Assembly: GCA_017505465.1 (NCBI GenBank)
Contig: JAFVPE010000020.1
Span: 11,701-75,700, forward strand
DNA: 64,000 nt
Direction: 5' to 3'
Source: Clostridia bacterium
Lineage (GTDB): Bacteria; Bacillota; Clostridia; Christensenellales; Borkfalkiaceae
Shown here: one piece after another, positions 17,866 to 27,271 of the stretch
How positions within the stretch are numbered: position 1 is the first letter of the stretch
How the letters are laid out: every line of letters begins with the position of its first letter
Notes under the pieces: generated by a model
The model's input: the letters and a program-made list of their open reading frames with translations, nothing else
Told to the model about the DNA's origin: nothing
Databases searched by the model: none
Made by a program: the position numbers and the translations under genes

Positions 17866-19446
17866 TTAAGAGAGTTTTCCTTTCGCTTTCACAAGTTCTA
17901 TAAATACCTTCGCCGTTACGCACGCGTCGTCGAACGCGCGGTGATGATTGAAGGTAAAGCCGTAATAATCGGCAACCGTATTCAATTTGTAATTGGCAAG
18001 CTTCCCACGCAAAACGTCCTGCGCAAGCGTCAACGTATCGTACATCTTCTTGTCGAACATATAACCGCATTGTTCGCCGTAATAGGAAACGAAACGATAG
18101 TCAAAGTTTACGTTATGCCCAACCAAAATTGCGCCGTCGGTAAATTTGTAGAAATCGGCAAGCACCTTTTCCACGTCGGGCGCACCGACAAGATCGGCGT
18201 CCTCAATCCCCGTAAGCTCTATAATTTCCTTGGACAATCTCTGCGGACAAGCCACGAACGAAGAGAATTTTTCCGCAATTTCGCCGTTCACGATTTTCAC
18301 CGCACCAAGCTCGATAATTCTATCCATTCTACCCATCGCAGGGTTGTTGTTCAAGCCCGTCGTTTCCAAGTCGAAGCAAACGAATACGTTGTTTTTAAGG
18401 TCGGCAGGCTTCGAGAAATCGTCGAACAAACCCGTTTGCGTAAAATCCACGTACTCCTCGGGGAATACCGTGTGATAGAACTTGGGAACGGGCTTTCCCT
18501 TTCTCGCTTCGGGAACGAAATCCGCAGGCGGCTCGCCCCAATTGATTTTCGCCGCTTTAAACGATTTCGAGCCGTTGTATTCTTCATTCGAGCCCGTAAT
18601 CATAATCTTATCCCCCACCTTGATTTCGCGGATTTTATCCACGGTTGCTTTTTTGGGGAAATAGGTCATGCGCACGCCGAGCGTACCGTCGTTGACAGTA
18701 ATGGAAAAACGAGTTTTTTCCGCGTCCTCGCCCGTTTTTTCATTGTGCTTGGTGTACTTAATTTCTTCGATATACTGCACGTTTCCGCAAATCGTGAACA
18801 CGTCGTCCACGTTGTGCATATCCGCCATATAGACGGCTTTTGTAAGCTGTTCATAGGTATCCGCGCCATCGATTTTCTTGTAATTTTCAATGCGGAATCT
18901 TCGAATTTCCAAAGGAATGGATTCTTCGCGGTCTTCGGGCATTTCATCAAGAAGCGACGTGTCGGGCGCCACCTTTTCCACAATGCGTACGTTGCCGTAA
19001 AAAGTGCCACAATACCCACTCATCAAATACCTGCTTACCTCGTCTAGTATTTTTCCCGACGAAAAAAGGGACTGTTCCCCCGACGCAATATCCACGTAAA
19101 AATGTGCGCCGCTTTCGAGCATTTCCACCTCGATATTATTCTCATCTAAAAATGCCCCTGCCGCAGGATAGGTGTTTTGAATGTACGAAAAAATGCGCTT
19201 TTTGAGCATTTCCGCATCGGGTACTCTCTTGACGATTTTTAAGCGTGCGGAAAAATCCTCGGGTAAATATTTTTCGCAAATATCCCGAGCTTCCCCTTCT
19301 TCCTTAACGGTATACGTCTTATCCGTCACCAAGGAAAATTCCGCCGATTTATCCTTTTTTGAAACGGTGATGCCGCAAAGAATGGCATTTCTCATTCCGT
19401 CTATCGTGCGCAATTCCGTTAAAAATGCATCCAACTTATTCGCCAT
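17866..19446 (-). CDS. PolC-like N-terminal/OB-fold domain fused to a DEDDh 3-prime-5-prime exonuclease; no polymerase core
   Basis: Exo motifs CFDLETTGL, VGHNVNFDYRF and HHRAFDDA fall in the last ~180 aa. An OB-like segment (ICGNVQYIEE..ITVNDGT..KVGDKIMITG) lies upstream. Total length is only 526 aa. Confidence 0.65.
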   Translation of the reverse strand: MANKLDAFLTELRTIDGMRNAILCGITVSKKDKSAEFSLVTDKTYTVKEEGEARDICEKYLPEDFSARLKIVKRVPDAEMLKKRIFSYIQNTYPAAGAFLDENNIEVEMLESGAHFYVDIASGEQSLFSSGKILDEVSRYLMSGYCGTFYGNVRIVEKVAPDTSLLDEMPEDREESIPLEIRRFRIENYKKIDGADTYEQLTKAVYMADMHNVDDVFTICGNVQYIEEIKYTKHNEKTGEDAEKTRFSITVNDGTLGVRMTYFPKKATVDKIREIKVGDKIMITGSNEEYNGSKSFKAAKINWGEPPADFVPEARKGKPVPKFYHTVFPEEYVDFTQTGLFDDFSKPADLKNNVFVCFDLETTGLNNNPAMGRMDRIIELGAVKIVNGEIAEKFSSFVACPQRLSKEIIELTGIEDADLVGAPDVEKVLADFYKFTDGAILVGHNVNFDYRFVSYYGEQCGYMFDKKMYDTLTLAQDVLRGKLANYKLNTVADYYGFTFNHHRAFDDACVTAKVFIELVKAKGKLS

Positions 19447-20491
19447 CTAACAACAACCTAATTTCCTTAAAAAATTCCTCTTCCGCTTCGTCGGCGGAAA
19501 CTTTTTTATACGGCTCGCCCTTCTTAAAAATAAGGCAAGAGCCGTTGCCGCCTGCAATTCCAAGGTCGGCGTCCTTCGCTTCGCCCGGACCGTTTACCAC
19601 ACAACCCATAACCGCAAGCTTCGCTTTCTTTTTATACGGACGGACAAAATCCGTCACTTTGTTCGCAAGCTCCATACTTTCCCAAGCGCAACGGCCGCAG
19701 GTCGGACAAGACACCACTTCGACGAACTCTTCTTCCAAGCCGCACGCGCGCAAAATATTTTTTGCCGCGTAAATTTCTTGCACGGGATCGTCGGTGAGCG
19801 AAACGCGAATGGTATCCCCAATCCCCTGCAATAACAAACTGCCGATACCAACCGCGCTTTTTACAATACCTGCCTCCGTCGTACCCGCCTCGGTAACGCC
19901 AAGATGCAAGGGATAGTCCGTCTTTTGCGAGAGTAGCGTGTACGCCTTTACGGTGAGCGGAACGTCCGACGCTTTCACGGAAATAACGATATCGTTCACG
20001 CCGAATTTTTCCAAAATCCCCACGTTATAGAGCGCACTTTCTACGAGTGCTTCCGCACTTCTGCCGTATTTTTCAAGAAAATTTTTCTCGATGCTGCCCG
20101 TATTCGAGCCCACACGCACGGGAATTTTATGCGCTTTCACGCAATCCGCAACGTATTGAATTTCCCTTTCGCCGCCTATATTTCCCGGATTGATACGCAC
20201 CTTATTCGCACCGTTTTCGATTGCCATTACGGCAAGCTTGGGCGAAAAATGAATATCCGCAACAAGGGGCAACCGGATTCTTTCCACAACCTCTTTCAAC
20301 GCTACCGCGTCCGCCTCGTCGGAAATTGCCACGCGCACGATTTCACAGCCTGCCTTATCCAAAGCGGCAATCTGCGCCACCGTCCTTTCCACGTCCGACG
20401 TTTTCGTCGTCGTCATCGATTGAATTTTAATGCGCTCACCGCCGCCGATAAGTACGCCGCCAACGTTTACGAGCTTGGTTTGTTTTCCCAT
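19436..20491 (-). CDS. ispG: 4-hydroxy-3-methylbut-2-en-1-yl diphosphate synthase (flavodoxin)
   Basis: GcpE signature along its length (IQSMTTT, RVAI, VSCPTCGRC, MGCVVNGPGE). Confidence 0.95.
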   Translation of the reverse strand: MGKQTKLVNVGGVLIGGGERIKIQSMTTTKTSDVERTVAQIAALDKAGCEIVRVAISDEADAVALKEVVERIRLPLVADIHFSPKLAVMAIENGANKVRINPGNIGGEREIQYVADCVKAHKIPVRVGSNTGSIEKNFLEKYGRSAEALVESALYNVGILEKFGVNDIVISVKASDVPLTVKAYTLLSQKTDYPLHLGVTEAGTTEAGIVKSAVGIGSLLLQGIGDTIRVSLTDDPVQEIYAAKNILRACGLEEEFVEVVSCPTCGRCAWESMELANKVTDFVRPYKKKAKLAVMGCVVNGPGEAKDADLGIAGGNGSCLIFKKGEPYKKVSADEAEEEFFKEIRLLLDGE

Positions 20492-20502
20492 TTTTTCAAC
20501 CC

Positions 20503-20982
20503 TTATTGCTGATTTTTCTTTTCTTGCTTTTCCGCTTTCATCATCTGTTTAAGCTCGGACATAAACGAGCTCAAATCCTTAAAGGAACGGTATACGGACG
20601 CATATCGAACGTAGGAAACCTCGTCCACCTTCTTCAAGCGTTCCATAACCATTTCCCCAATCGTTTTCGTTGTGATTTCGCTTTCCATACTGTTGTACAC
20701 TTGCTTGCAAATATCCGCCACCATATCGTCGATAACCGACATCGGCACAGGACGTTTTTCACAAGATTTGATGATACCGTTACGGATTTTTTCCGCATTA
20801 AAAGATTGCCTCGTACCGTTATTTTTCACAACGAGCACGGGGGTTACTTCTATCGTTTCGTAGGTCGTGAATCTTCTTCCGCAGCCCGTACATTCTCTAC
20901 GGCGGCGAATCGTTCTATCGTCGTCCGCCGAACGGGAGTCCACCACTTTGCTATCCGTACAATCACAATACAAACATTTCAT
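20503..20982 (-). CDS. nrdR: Transcriptional repressor NrdR
   Basis: MKCLYCDCTDSKVVDSR..CTGCGRRFTTYE zinc ribbon followed by an ATP-cone. Confidence 0.95.
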   Translation of the reverse strand: MKCLYCDCTDSKVVDSRSADDDRTIRRRRECTGCGRRFTTYETIEVTPVLVVKNNGTRQSFNAEKIRNGIIKSCEKRPVPMSVIDDMVADICKQVYNSMESEITTKTIGEMVMERLKKVDEVSYVRYASVYRSFKDLSSFMSELKQMMKAEKQEKKNQQ

Positions 20983-21003
20983 ATTTTTCTATCCTCATTT
21001 TAC

Positions 21004-21031
21004 TTTCAACGCGTACACGGTATGCCCGTTT
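21004..21031. repeat. 28-bp direct repeat, copy A
   Basis: TTTCAACGCGTACACGGTATGCCCGTTT, identical to 22612-22639. It runs into the stop codon of the lipoprotein gene. Confidence 0.95.
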
Positions 21032-22544
21032 AATATCCAAGCACAATAAATCTATCAGGAGCTATATATACCTTATCGTCATAATTGACGTCCGCCCACA
21101 TCTCCTTACTAAAACGGAACTCAATCGGTTCGCCGTCTTCCGTCGTTGCGTTTTCCATTTCTCCGCCTTCTTCTATCCAAAACTGCATAACCGTCTCTTC
21201 GCCCGTTTCCTCGTCATAACGCTTGATATAGTACGTGGCGTGTCCATGCGCCCATAATCCGCCGCCGTAAGATTCGCCGTCCGAAAAATAGATGTATTTT
21301 CCGCATTCCACAGCGTTTTCATAAATCGGCTCGTCATTGCTAGCCGAAGAAGTAGAGAAGCTTTTCACAAGTAATTTCCCCGTCTTGGGGTTCAACTGAT
21401 AACTCGTCGTCTGCACACCGCTTTCCCCACGACAACCGCCACCTATTTTTACCCATTTTGCCTTGAAGTAAAGATTTCCATCCTCTTTTGGATACATCTC
21501 GGTAAAGTCTTTGTTCGCCATATTACCGTCGAAATTATAAACGTGCTCGAACGTAACGCCGTTTGCGCTCCAATCAATTTTATAGAGCTTACAGTTTACG
21601 TGCAACGTTTCGGACAGTGCGACCTGATCGCGCCCCATGCGCGCGGTATAAGGGAACTCTTTTTTCTCCGAAGTGATAAAATAATCCCCGTTGGCTTGCA
21701 TACTTAACTTAAAACATCTTCCCTCGTTTTGCGATAAAAACGTCGTCGTTTCCCCTCTTGCAAAATCGTAGAACCAAGCGCTCTGCGCGCCGATCGCATA
21801 CCCATTATACGCGGCATTATCTATGATAAGGAAGCCCTTGACCTCCCCTTTATCAAGCAATCGCAGTTCATCAAAATCCCCTTCGTGGAATTTGACAAAT
21901 TCTTCTTGCTCCCAAGTACGGTAAAGCCATTCGTTGCCGTTCTTATCGACTATGTATTCTTTGTTTTTTCCATAATAGCGATAATTAGCATACTCCGACG
22001 CGTCCGCATCGATTACGTTCCCTATATGGTCGAGCATAACCCAACCGTCGCCGCCTTTTAATACGACTCCTTCCTCTTGCACGGTAAATATATTATACCA
22101 CGCCGAGCTACCCACTCGAAATACTTCCGTCGATTTATCCAAAGGCGAATAGCGAACAAAACAAGAAGAAATCTCTATGGGCTCATCCTCAACGGGCGGC
22201 AATACGTCGTACGTAACTATGCCCTCGTCACCGATATCAGGCTGTTCGTCGCCACCGTTCGAAGCCACGGTCAAGCACAAATAGATATCCTCTTCGTAAT
22301 ACGCAAAATCCGTCGTCCCCGTCACTTGGTAATCCACGCCGTCGATCGTCAATTCCGTGACGAGATATTCGCTATCCTCGCCCGTAGTTTTACTGCGCAC
22401 GTTACCGCGGTAAATATAGTTTCCGTCCCATGCGCCGTAACTTGTGGGCGCAATGTCAGAAAGTTCTTTACAGCCAAAAAAAGCCCCGCAGGAAAGCAAC
22501 AGCACCGTAGCCGTCACCAAGGAAAAAAGTTTTTTCATTTTCAT
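21030..22544 (-). CDS. Hypothetical lipoprotein (beta-propeller-like, function unknown)
   Basis: Signal peptide plus lipobox (LLLSCGAFFGC). AGGAGGGG SD. Tyr/Gly/Asp-rich repetitive beta-type sequence. I did not recognise a family. Confidence 0.65.
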   Translation of the reverse strand: MKMKKLFSLVTATVLLLSCGAFFGCKELSDIAPTSYGAWDGNYIYRGNVRSKTTGEDSEYLVTELTIDGVDYQVTGTTDFAYYEEDIYLCLTVASNGGDEQPDIGDEGIVTYDVLPPVEDEPIEISSCFVRYSPLDKSTEVFRVGSSAWYNIFTVQEEGVVLKGGDGWVMLDHIGNVIDADASEYANYRYYGKNKEYIVDKNGNEWLYRTWEQEEFVKFHEGDFDELRLLDKGEVKGFLIIDNAAYNGYAIGAQSAWFYDFARGETTTFLSQNEGRCFKLSMQANGDYFITSEKKEFPYTARMGRDQVALSETLHVNCKLYKIDWSANGVTFEHVYNFDGNMANKDFTEMYPKEDGNLYFKAKWVKIGGGCRGESGVQTTSYQLNPKTGKLLVKSFSTSSASNDEPIYENAVECGKYIYFSDGESYGGGLWAHGHATYYIKRYDEETGEETVMQFWIEEGGEMENATTEDGEPIEFRFSKEMWADVNYDDKVYIAPDRFIVLGY

Positions 22545-22611
22545 AGTATTCCCCTCCTACTTATAAGACGCTCACGCTTTATATTTTACTCACTTAGCCT
22601 GTAAAAAACAT

Positions 22612-22639
22612 TTTCAACGCGTACACGGTATGCCCGTTT
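22612..22639. repeat. 28-bp direct repeat, copy B
   Basis: Identical to 21004-21031. It runs into the stop codon of rarA. Confidence 0.95.
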
Positions 22640-23946
22640 TAGCTTTTCTTGCCCTTTCTTGCACGAATTTCCTTTACCGTGTTTTCATACCCGTTCTGCC
22701 CGGGAACGTAGTAAATTTTATCTTTTAACGAATCGGGCAAATACTGTTGTTCCACGTATCCACCGTAGTCGTGCGGATATTTATACTGCGGCCCTTTCTT
22801 CTTTTCTTCCTTGCTCGTATAGCTCTTATCCTTCAAATAGGATGGAATATTGTCGTCGCGCGTATTTTTCGCATCGTCGATTGCCGCATACATCGCATTG
22901 ACCACCGAGTTACTCTTATCCGCTTCGCATACGTAAATAATCGCTTCGGCAAGCGGAATTCTCGCTTCTGGATAGCCAATCCTCTCCAACGCATACATTG
23001 CCGACGTCGCAATTTGCAGCGCGCGCGGATCTGCCATTCCCACGTCCTCGGCGGAATGCACCACCAAGCGACGCGCGACAATCATCGGATCGCACCCACC
23101 TTCAATCAACCGCATTGCATAGTACAACGCCGCATTTGCGTCGCTTCCACGCAAGGATTTGCAAAATGCCGAAAGAAAATCGTAATAGGAATCCTCATTA
23201 TAGGAAAGCGCCTTGCGTTGAATGGATTGCTCCGCATCCGCAAGAGTGATGACAATTTGCCCTTCCGAATTGGGATTCGTCGTCAAAGCCGCAAGCTCCA
23301 ACGCATTATACGCCGAGCGCAAATCCCCTCCCGCCATATTGGCAATATGTTTGAGCGCATCCTCTTCCACTTTTATATTTTGCTTACCCAAGCCCTTATG
23401 ACGGCTCTTCACCGCTGTCTGCAAAGCGCCGATAATATCCTCGTTAGAAAGGTGCTTAAACTCGAATACTCTACATCTCGAAACGATAGCAGGCGTCATT
23501 GCGGCGTACGGATTTTCCGTCGTCGAACCAATGAAAATAATCGTACCTTGTTCAATCGCAGGCAAGAGCGAGTCACTTTGCGTCTTACTAAAACGGTGAC
23601 ACTCGTCCAACAAAAGATAGGTGCGTTTCCCGTACATTTTAAGGTTGTCCCTCGCTTGGTCGACTGCCTTTTTAACGTCCGCAACGCCCGAATTTACTGC
23701 GTTGAGCTTGACAAACTCCCCGTTCGTGCGAAGCGCAATGATATTCGCAAGCGTCGTTTTACCGCACCCCGGGGGGCCCCAAAAGATACAGCTTCCCAAC
23801 CTATCGGTTGCGATTGCACGGCGAAGGAGCGAGCCTTCCGAAACGATGTGTTTCTGCCCGATAAATTCATCTAGCGAGTTTGCACGCATGCGTTCCGCAA
23901 GCGGCTTCGCCGTTTCTTCGTTGTTGTTAAAATCAAATAAATCCAT
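22639..23946 (-). CDS. rarA: Replication-associated recombination protein A (AAA+ ATPase RarA/MgsA)
   Basis: LAERMRANSLDEFIGQKH, Walker A GPPGCGKTT, LLDECHRF, and the MgsA C-terminal domain. Confidence 0.9.
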   Translation of the reverse strand: MDLFDFNNNEETAKPLAERMRANSLDEFIGQKHIVSEGSLLRRAIATDRLGSCIFWGPPGCGKTTLANIIALRTNGEFVKLNAVNSGVADVKKAVDQARDNLKMYGKRTYLLLDECHRFSKTQSDSLLPAIEQGTIIFIGSTTENPYAAMTPAIVSRCRVFEFKHLSNEDIIGALQTAVKSRHKGLGKQNIKVEEDALKHIANMAGGDLRSAYNALELAALTTNPNSEGQIVITLADAEQSIQRKALSYNEDSYYDFLSAFCKSLRGSDANAALYYAMRLIEGGCDPMIVARRLVVHSAEDVGMADPRALQIATSAMYALERIGYPEARIPLAEAIIYVCEADKSNSVVNAMYAAIDDAKNTRDDNIPSYLKDKSYTSKEEKKKGPQYKYPHDYGGYVEQQYLPDSLKDKIYYVPGQNGYENTVKEIRARKGKKS

Positions 23947-23978
23947 AGTATTTCGCCGCTTTTGACGGCTTCCTTATA

Positions 23979-24761
23979 TTAAAATCTACCAAGCGCTTTG
24001 CGCAACGCATCCACGTTTTGTTTGCCGAGCTCGTACCCCTTTTCATAGGCAAAACGAATCATCGTCACGTCGTATTGGCTCATATCGCCAAGGTCGGGCT
24101 CCAACCAAAAATCGATGATGTCCTTACATTCTTCCCTGCGTTGGCGAGTGCGGTAATTATCGAAAATATCAATCGTTTCCGTCAAAACCTTGATGACGTT
24201 CGGACATTCCTTACTGCACTGTCTTTGTCCCAAAACGTCCACACCAACCACGATGTCCGCGCCCATTTTCTTGACCTGCTCCACGGGAACACGTTCAAGA
24301 ATACCGCCGTCGATAAGGCGCATATCCCCTTTATGATACGGGTGGAATACAACAGGCAACGTCGCAGATGCAATCATCGCGTCGATAAGACTCCCCGAAT
24401 CAAATTCAATGAGTTCCTGCGAAATCATATCCACCGCAAAACAATGGAAGGGAATTTTTAATTCCGCAAACGTGATATCCCCACAATGTTTTAACAAAAT
24501 TTCACGCACCTTTTTCGTACCCGAAACGCCCCCTCTACGCCCGTTCAAGGAAACGAGATTGAGCGGTTTTAAGTTCCATATTTCATCCTTCAATGCATCG
24601 ATACTCGCGCCTGCCGCATACGCACCGCCCACGATTGCCCCCATGGAAGAGCCCGTGATAAAATCGGGCTTAATACCCTCTTCTTCCAAAGCCTTCAAAA
24701 AGCCAATGTGCGCTATACCTCGAGCTCCGCCCGAACCCAATGCCAAACCAAGTTTTTTCAT
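23979..24761 (-). CDS. Patatin-like phospholipase
   Basis: GSGGARG oxyanion motif, GSSMG nucleophile elbow and a DGG catalytic Asp motif. Confidence 0.85.
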   Translation of the reverse strand: MKKLGLALGSGGARGIAHIGFLKALEEEGIKPDFITGSSMGAIVGGAYAAGASIDALKDEIWNLKPLNLVSLNGRRGGVSGTKKVREILLKHCGDITFAELKIPFHCFAVDMISQELIEFDSGSLIDAMIASATLPVVFHPYHKGDMRLIDGGILERVPVEQVKKMGADIVVGVDVLGQRQCSKECPNVIKVLTETIDIFDNYRTRQRREECKDIIDFWLEPDLGDMSQYDVTMIRFAYEKGYELGKQNVDALRKALGRF

Positions 24762-24824
24762 CGTTACTCCTCCTTCCCGAATTTTCGGGAGTTATGTAAC
24801 CGTTCGCTCTTCGCTATACAGCCG

Positions 24825-25685
24825 TTAGTCCGTCATACGACTATATGCGCCGAGCAATTTGCACTCCAACGTATTCGCGCGGATTGCTTCCAACATTTCC
24901 TGCACTTCGGGCGAAGCGATATCGCAATCCGCCTCAATGAAGAATCTATAATCGCCGGGACGCTTCTTTACGGGACGGCTTTCAATTTTCGTCATGTTGA
25001 TGCCGTGTGCCGCAATAATTTGCAAAAGCTCTAAAAGGCTTCCGGGACGGTGGGGACAAACTGCCGAGAAAAATACCTTTTCACTTGTTTTCGGCAACGT
25101 CGATTCCCCCTTCTTCACCAAAAGGAAGTGGGTGAAATTATTTTGCTCGTCGGAAATACATTCTTCACTCATCACAAAGCCTGCGCGCAAGTTTCCAAGA
25201 TGCGCACCTGCAATCGCCGCGCTCTTGCCCGATTCGTCCTCAAACGCGCGAGAAATACCAAACCCCGTGGATTCCGTTTCGCGCAAGGACGCAAAAGGCA
25301 TTTCCTTGCTCAAAAAGCCTGCGCACTGATCGAGCGCTTGGCGGTGAGAATATACCCTTCCGATTTGAGAAAGCTTCATACCTTCCTTATAAATAAGACG
25401 GTGATCGATGCGGATTACTTCTTCCTTCACCGCATAAAGATCGGTGGAGTCTTGCAACAAGTCGAGATTTTGTGAAACGCCACCCTGCAAGGTATTTTCG
25501 ATGGGAACTGCCGCCGCATCCACTCTGCCCGTAGCCACCGCTGCGAGTACTTCGGGGAAATTGCGGAAAGGCACGCATTCGTCCCAATCGCTAAACGATT
25601 TTTTATCCGTTGCTTCCGTTTTTAAGAATTTTTGCGCCGCAAGGTGCGAGTTGCTCCCTTCCGGACCTAAAAATGCAATTTTCAT
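24825..25685 (-). CDS. pheA: Prephenate dehydratase
   Basis: MKIAFLGPEGSNSH, the PDT domain and a C-terminal ACT domain (ESRP motif). Confidence 0.9.
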   Translation of the reverse strand: MKIAFLGPEGSNSHLAAQKFLKTEATDKKSFSDWDECVPFRNFPEVLAAVATGRVDAAAVPIENTLQGGVSQNLDLLQDSTDLYAVKEEVIRIDHRLIYKEGMKLSQIGRVYSHRQALDQCAGFLSKEMPFASLRETESTGFGISRAFEDESGKSAAIAGAHLGNLRAGFVMSEECISDEQNNFTHFLLVKKGESTLPKTSEKVFFSAVCPHRPGSLLELLQIIAAHGINMTKIESRPVKKRPGDYRFFIEADCDIASPEVQEMLEAIRANTLECKLLGAYSRMTD

Positions 25686-25742
25686 AATCTAAAACCTCTA
25701 TTTCTATCGTATGATTTTTCCTATTTCTCTCATCGTATAAAA

Positions 25743-26765
25743 TTAAACTTGTTCCGCAATATTGCAAAGCAATCTTTCCGTGTCTTCCCACCCAAGACAA
25801 GGATCGGTAATCGATTTTCCGAACACTTCATCGTGCTTTTGATTGCCTTCTACAAGGAAACTCTCAACCATAAAGCCTTTGACGATGCGCTTGAAGGCAC
25901 TATCGAAACGGCGATTTTGCATAACCTCTTCCGCAATACGGATTTGTTGTTTGAACTTCTTTGCGGAGTTGGAGTGGTTGCAGTCGATAACGATAGCAGG
26001 ATTCGCCAAATCGCTCCCCCTATACATTTCTTCAAGCTGCATAACCGTTTCATAGTGGAAGTTAGGCACATCCATGCCTGCGCCGTCCACACCGCCTCGC
26101 AAAATGGCATGTGCGTAAGGGTTGCCGTCCGAGCTCACTTGATAGTTGCGGTACTTGAAGATTTGCGGACTCTGCGCCGCGAAAATAGAGTTGACGAGCG
26201 CAATAATATTGCCGCTCATTGGATTTTTCATTCCGACGGGAGCGTCGATACCGCTCGCTACCTGACGGTGAAGTTGATCCTCAACGCTACGCGCGCCGAC
26301 TGCGTGATAGGAAAGCAAATCTTCCACGTATGCCGTATTTTCGGGATAGAGCATTTCGTCCGCCGAAGTCAATCCCGACTCGTTAATTGCCGCAAGGTGC
26401 AAGGAACGAATACTACGAATACCCCTTGCAATGTCTGCCGCCCCTTCGGGATCGGGTTGCAAGAACATGCCTTTGTAACCAACACCTTTGGTACGGGGCT
26501 TATTCGTGTAAATACGGGGTACGATGACAAGCTTGTCCTTTACCTTTTCATTGAGTTTCCCCAAACGCGAAATATATTCGAGCGTAGGAGCAGGCTCGTG
26601 CGCAGAGCAAGGCCCTACCACTACGAGCATTTTATCGCTTCTGCCTGCAATAACGTCACGGATTTCTTCGTCACGAGCCTTTTTAATTTTCTTCATTTCT
26701 GCCGTCATTGGCGTTTCCGCAATAAATTCTTCAGGCTCTGGTATAAAATATTGCTTCTCCAACAT
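25743..26765 (-). CDS. 3-deoxy-7-phosphoheptulonate (DAHP) synthase, class I
   Basis: LVVVGPCSAHE, KPRT and IDCNHSNS motifs are typical of AroF/G/H-type enzymes. Confidence 0.9.
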   Translation of the reverse strand: MLEKQYFIPEPEEFIAETPMTAEMKKIKKARDEEIRDVIAGRSDKMLVVVGPCSAHEPAPTLEYISRLGKLNEKVKDKLVIVPRIYTNKPRTKGVGYKGMFLQPDPEGAADIARGIRSIRSLHLAAINESGLTSADEMLYPENTAYVEDLLSYHAVGARSVEDQLHRQVASGIDAPVGMKNPMSGNIIALVNSIFAAQSPQIFKYRNYQVSSDGNPYAHAILRGGVDGAGMDVPNFHYETVMQLEEMYRGSDLANPAIVIDCNHSNSAKKFKQQIRIAEEVMQNRRFDSAFKRIVKGFMVESFLVEGNQKHDEVFGKSITDPCLGWEDTERLLCNIAEQV

Positions 26766-26779
26766 AAGTAAATCTCCTT

Positions 26780-27268
26780 TTATTCTCTCACTTTTGTAAT
26801 GTACTCTTTTACTTCTTTCGTTACGTATTCATCGATGGGCGTGCCGAATTTTAAGCTATTTCTCACCATGGAAGAGCTAACGTGCAACAACTCTTGTTCA
26901 CAAGGAAAATACACCGTAATCAAATCCTTATCCAACTTTTTGCTTGCGTAAAAGTTTGCGTTTTCAAAGTCAAGATCGACACCGTTACGAATACCTCGCA
27001 CGTAAATTTTCGTGTTTTCCTTTTCAAGCAATTCCGCCACCGTACCCGTAAATGCAATCACACGCAAACGTGGATTGTTACAGGTCAACGCAAGCATTTC
27101 CTTGCGCTGCTCAACCGTAAAGCAGGGTTTCTTTTCGGGATTCACCATAATTGCCGCCACTACCTCGTCAAATATCGCAAGACAGTTTTCTATCAACGAT
27201 TTATGCCCGAGCGTTGGCGGATCGAACGTCCCTGCAAACACACATTTTTTTACCGATTTGTTTTCCAT
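26780..27268 (-). CDS. coaD: Pantetheine-phosphate adenylyltransferase
   Basis: GTFDPPTLGH nucleotidyltransferase motif; 162 aa. Confidence 0.95.
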   Translation of the reverse strand: MENKSVKKCVFAGTFDPPTLGHKSLIENCLAIFDEVVAAIMVNPEKKPCFTVEQRKEMLALTCNNPRLRVIAFTGTVAELLEKENTKIYVRGIRNGVDLDFENANFYASKKLDKDLITVYFPCEQELLHVSSSMVRNSLKFGTPIDEYVTKEVKEYITKVRE

Positions 27269-27271
27269 AAC

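Noticed and set aside
21004-22639. I considered the 28-bp perfect repeats as a possible CRISPR array.
   Set aside because: There are only two copies, separated by 1580 bp that encode a full-length lipoprotein gene. There is no regular spacing and there are no cas genes.
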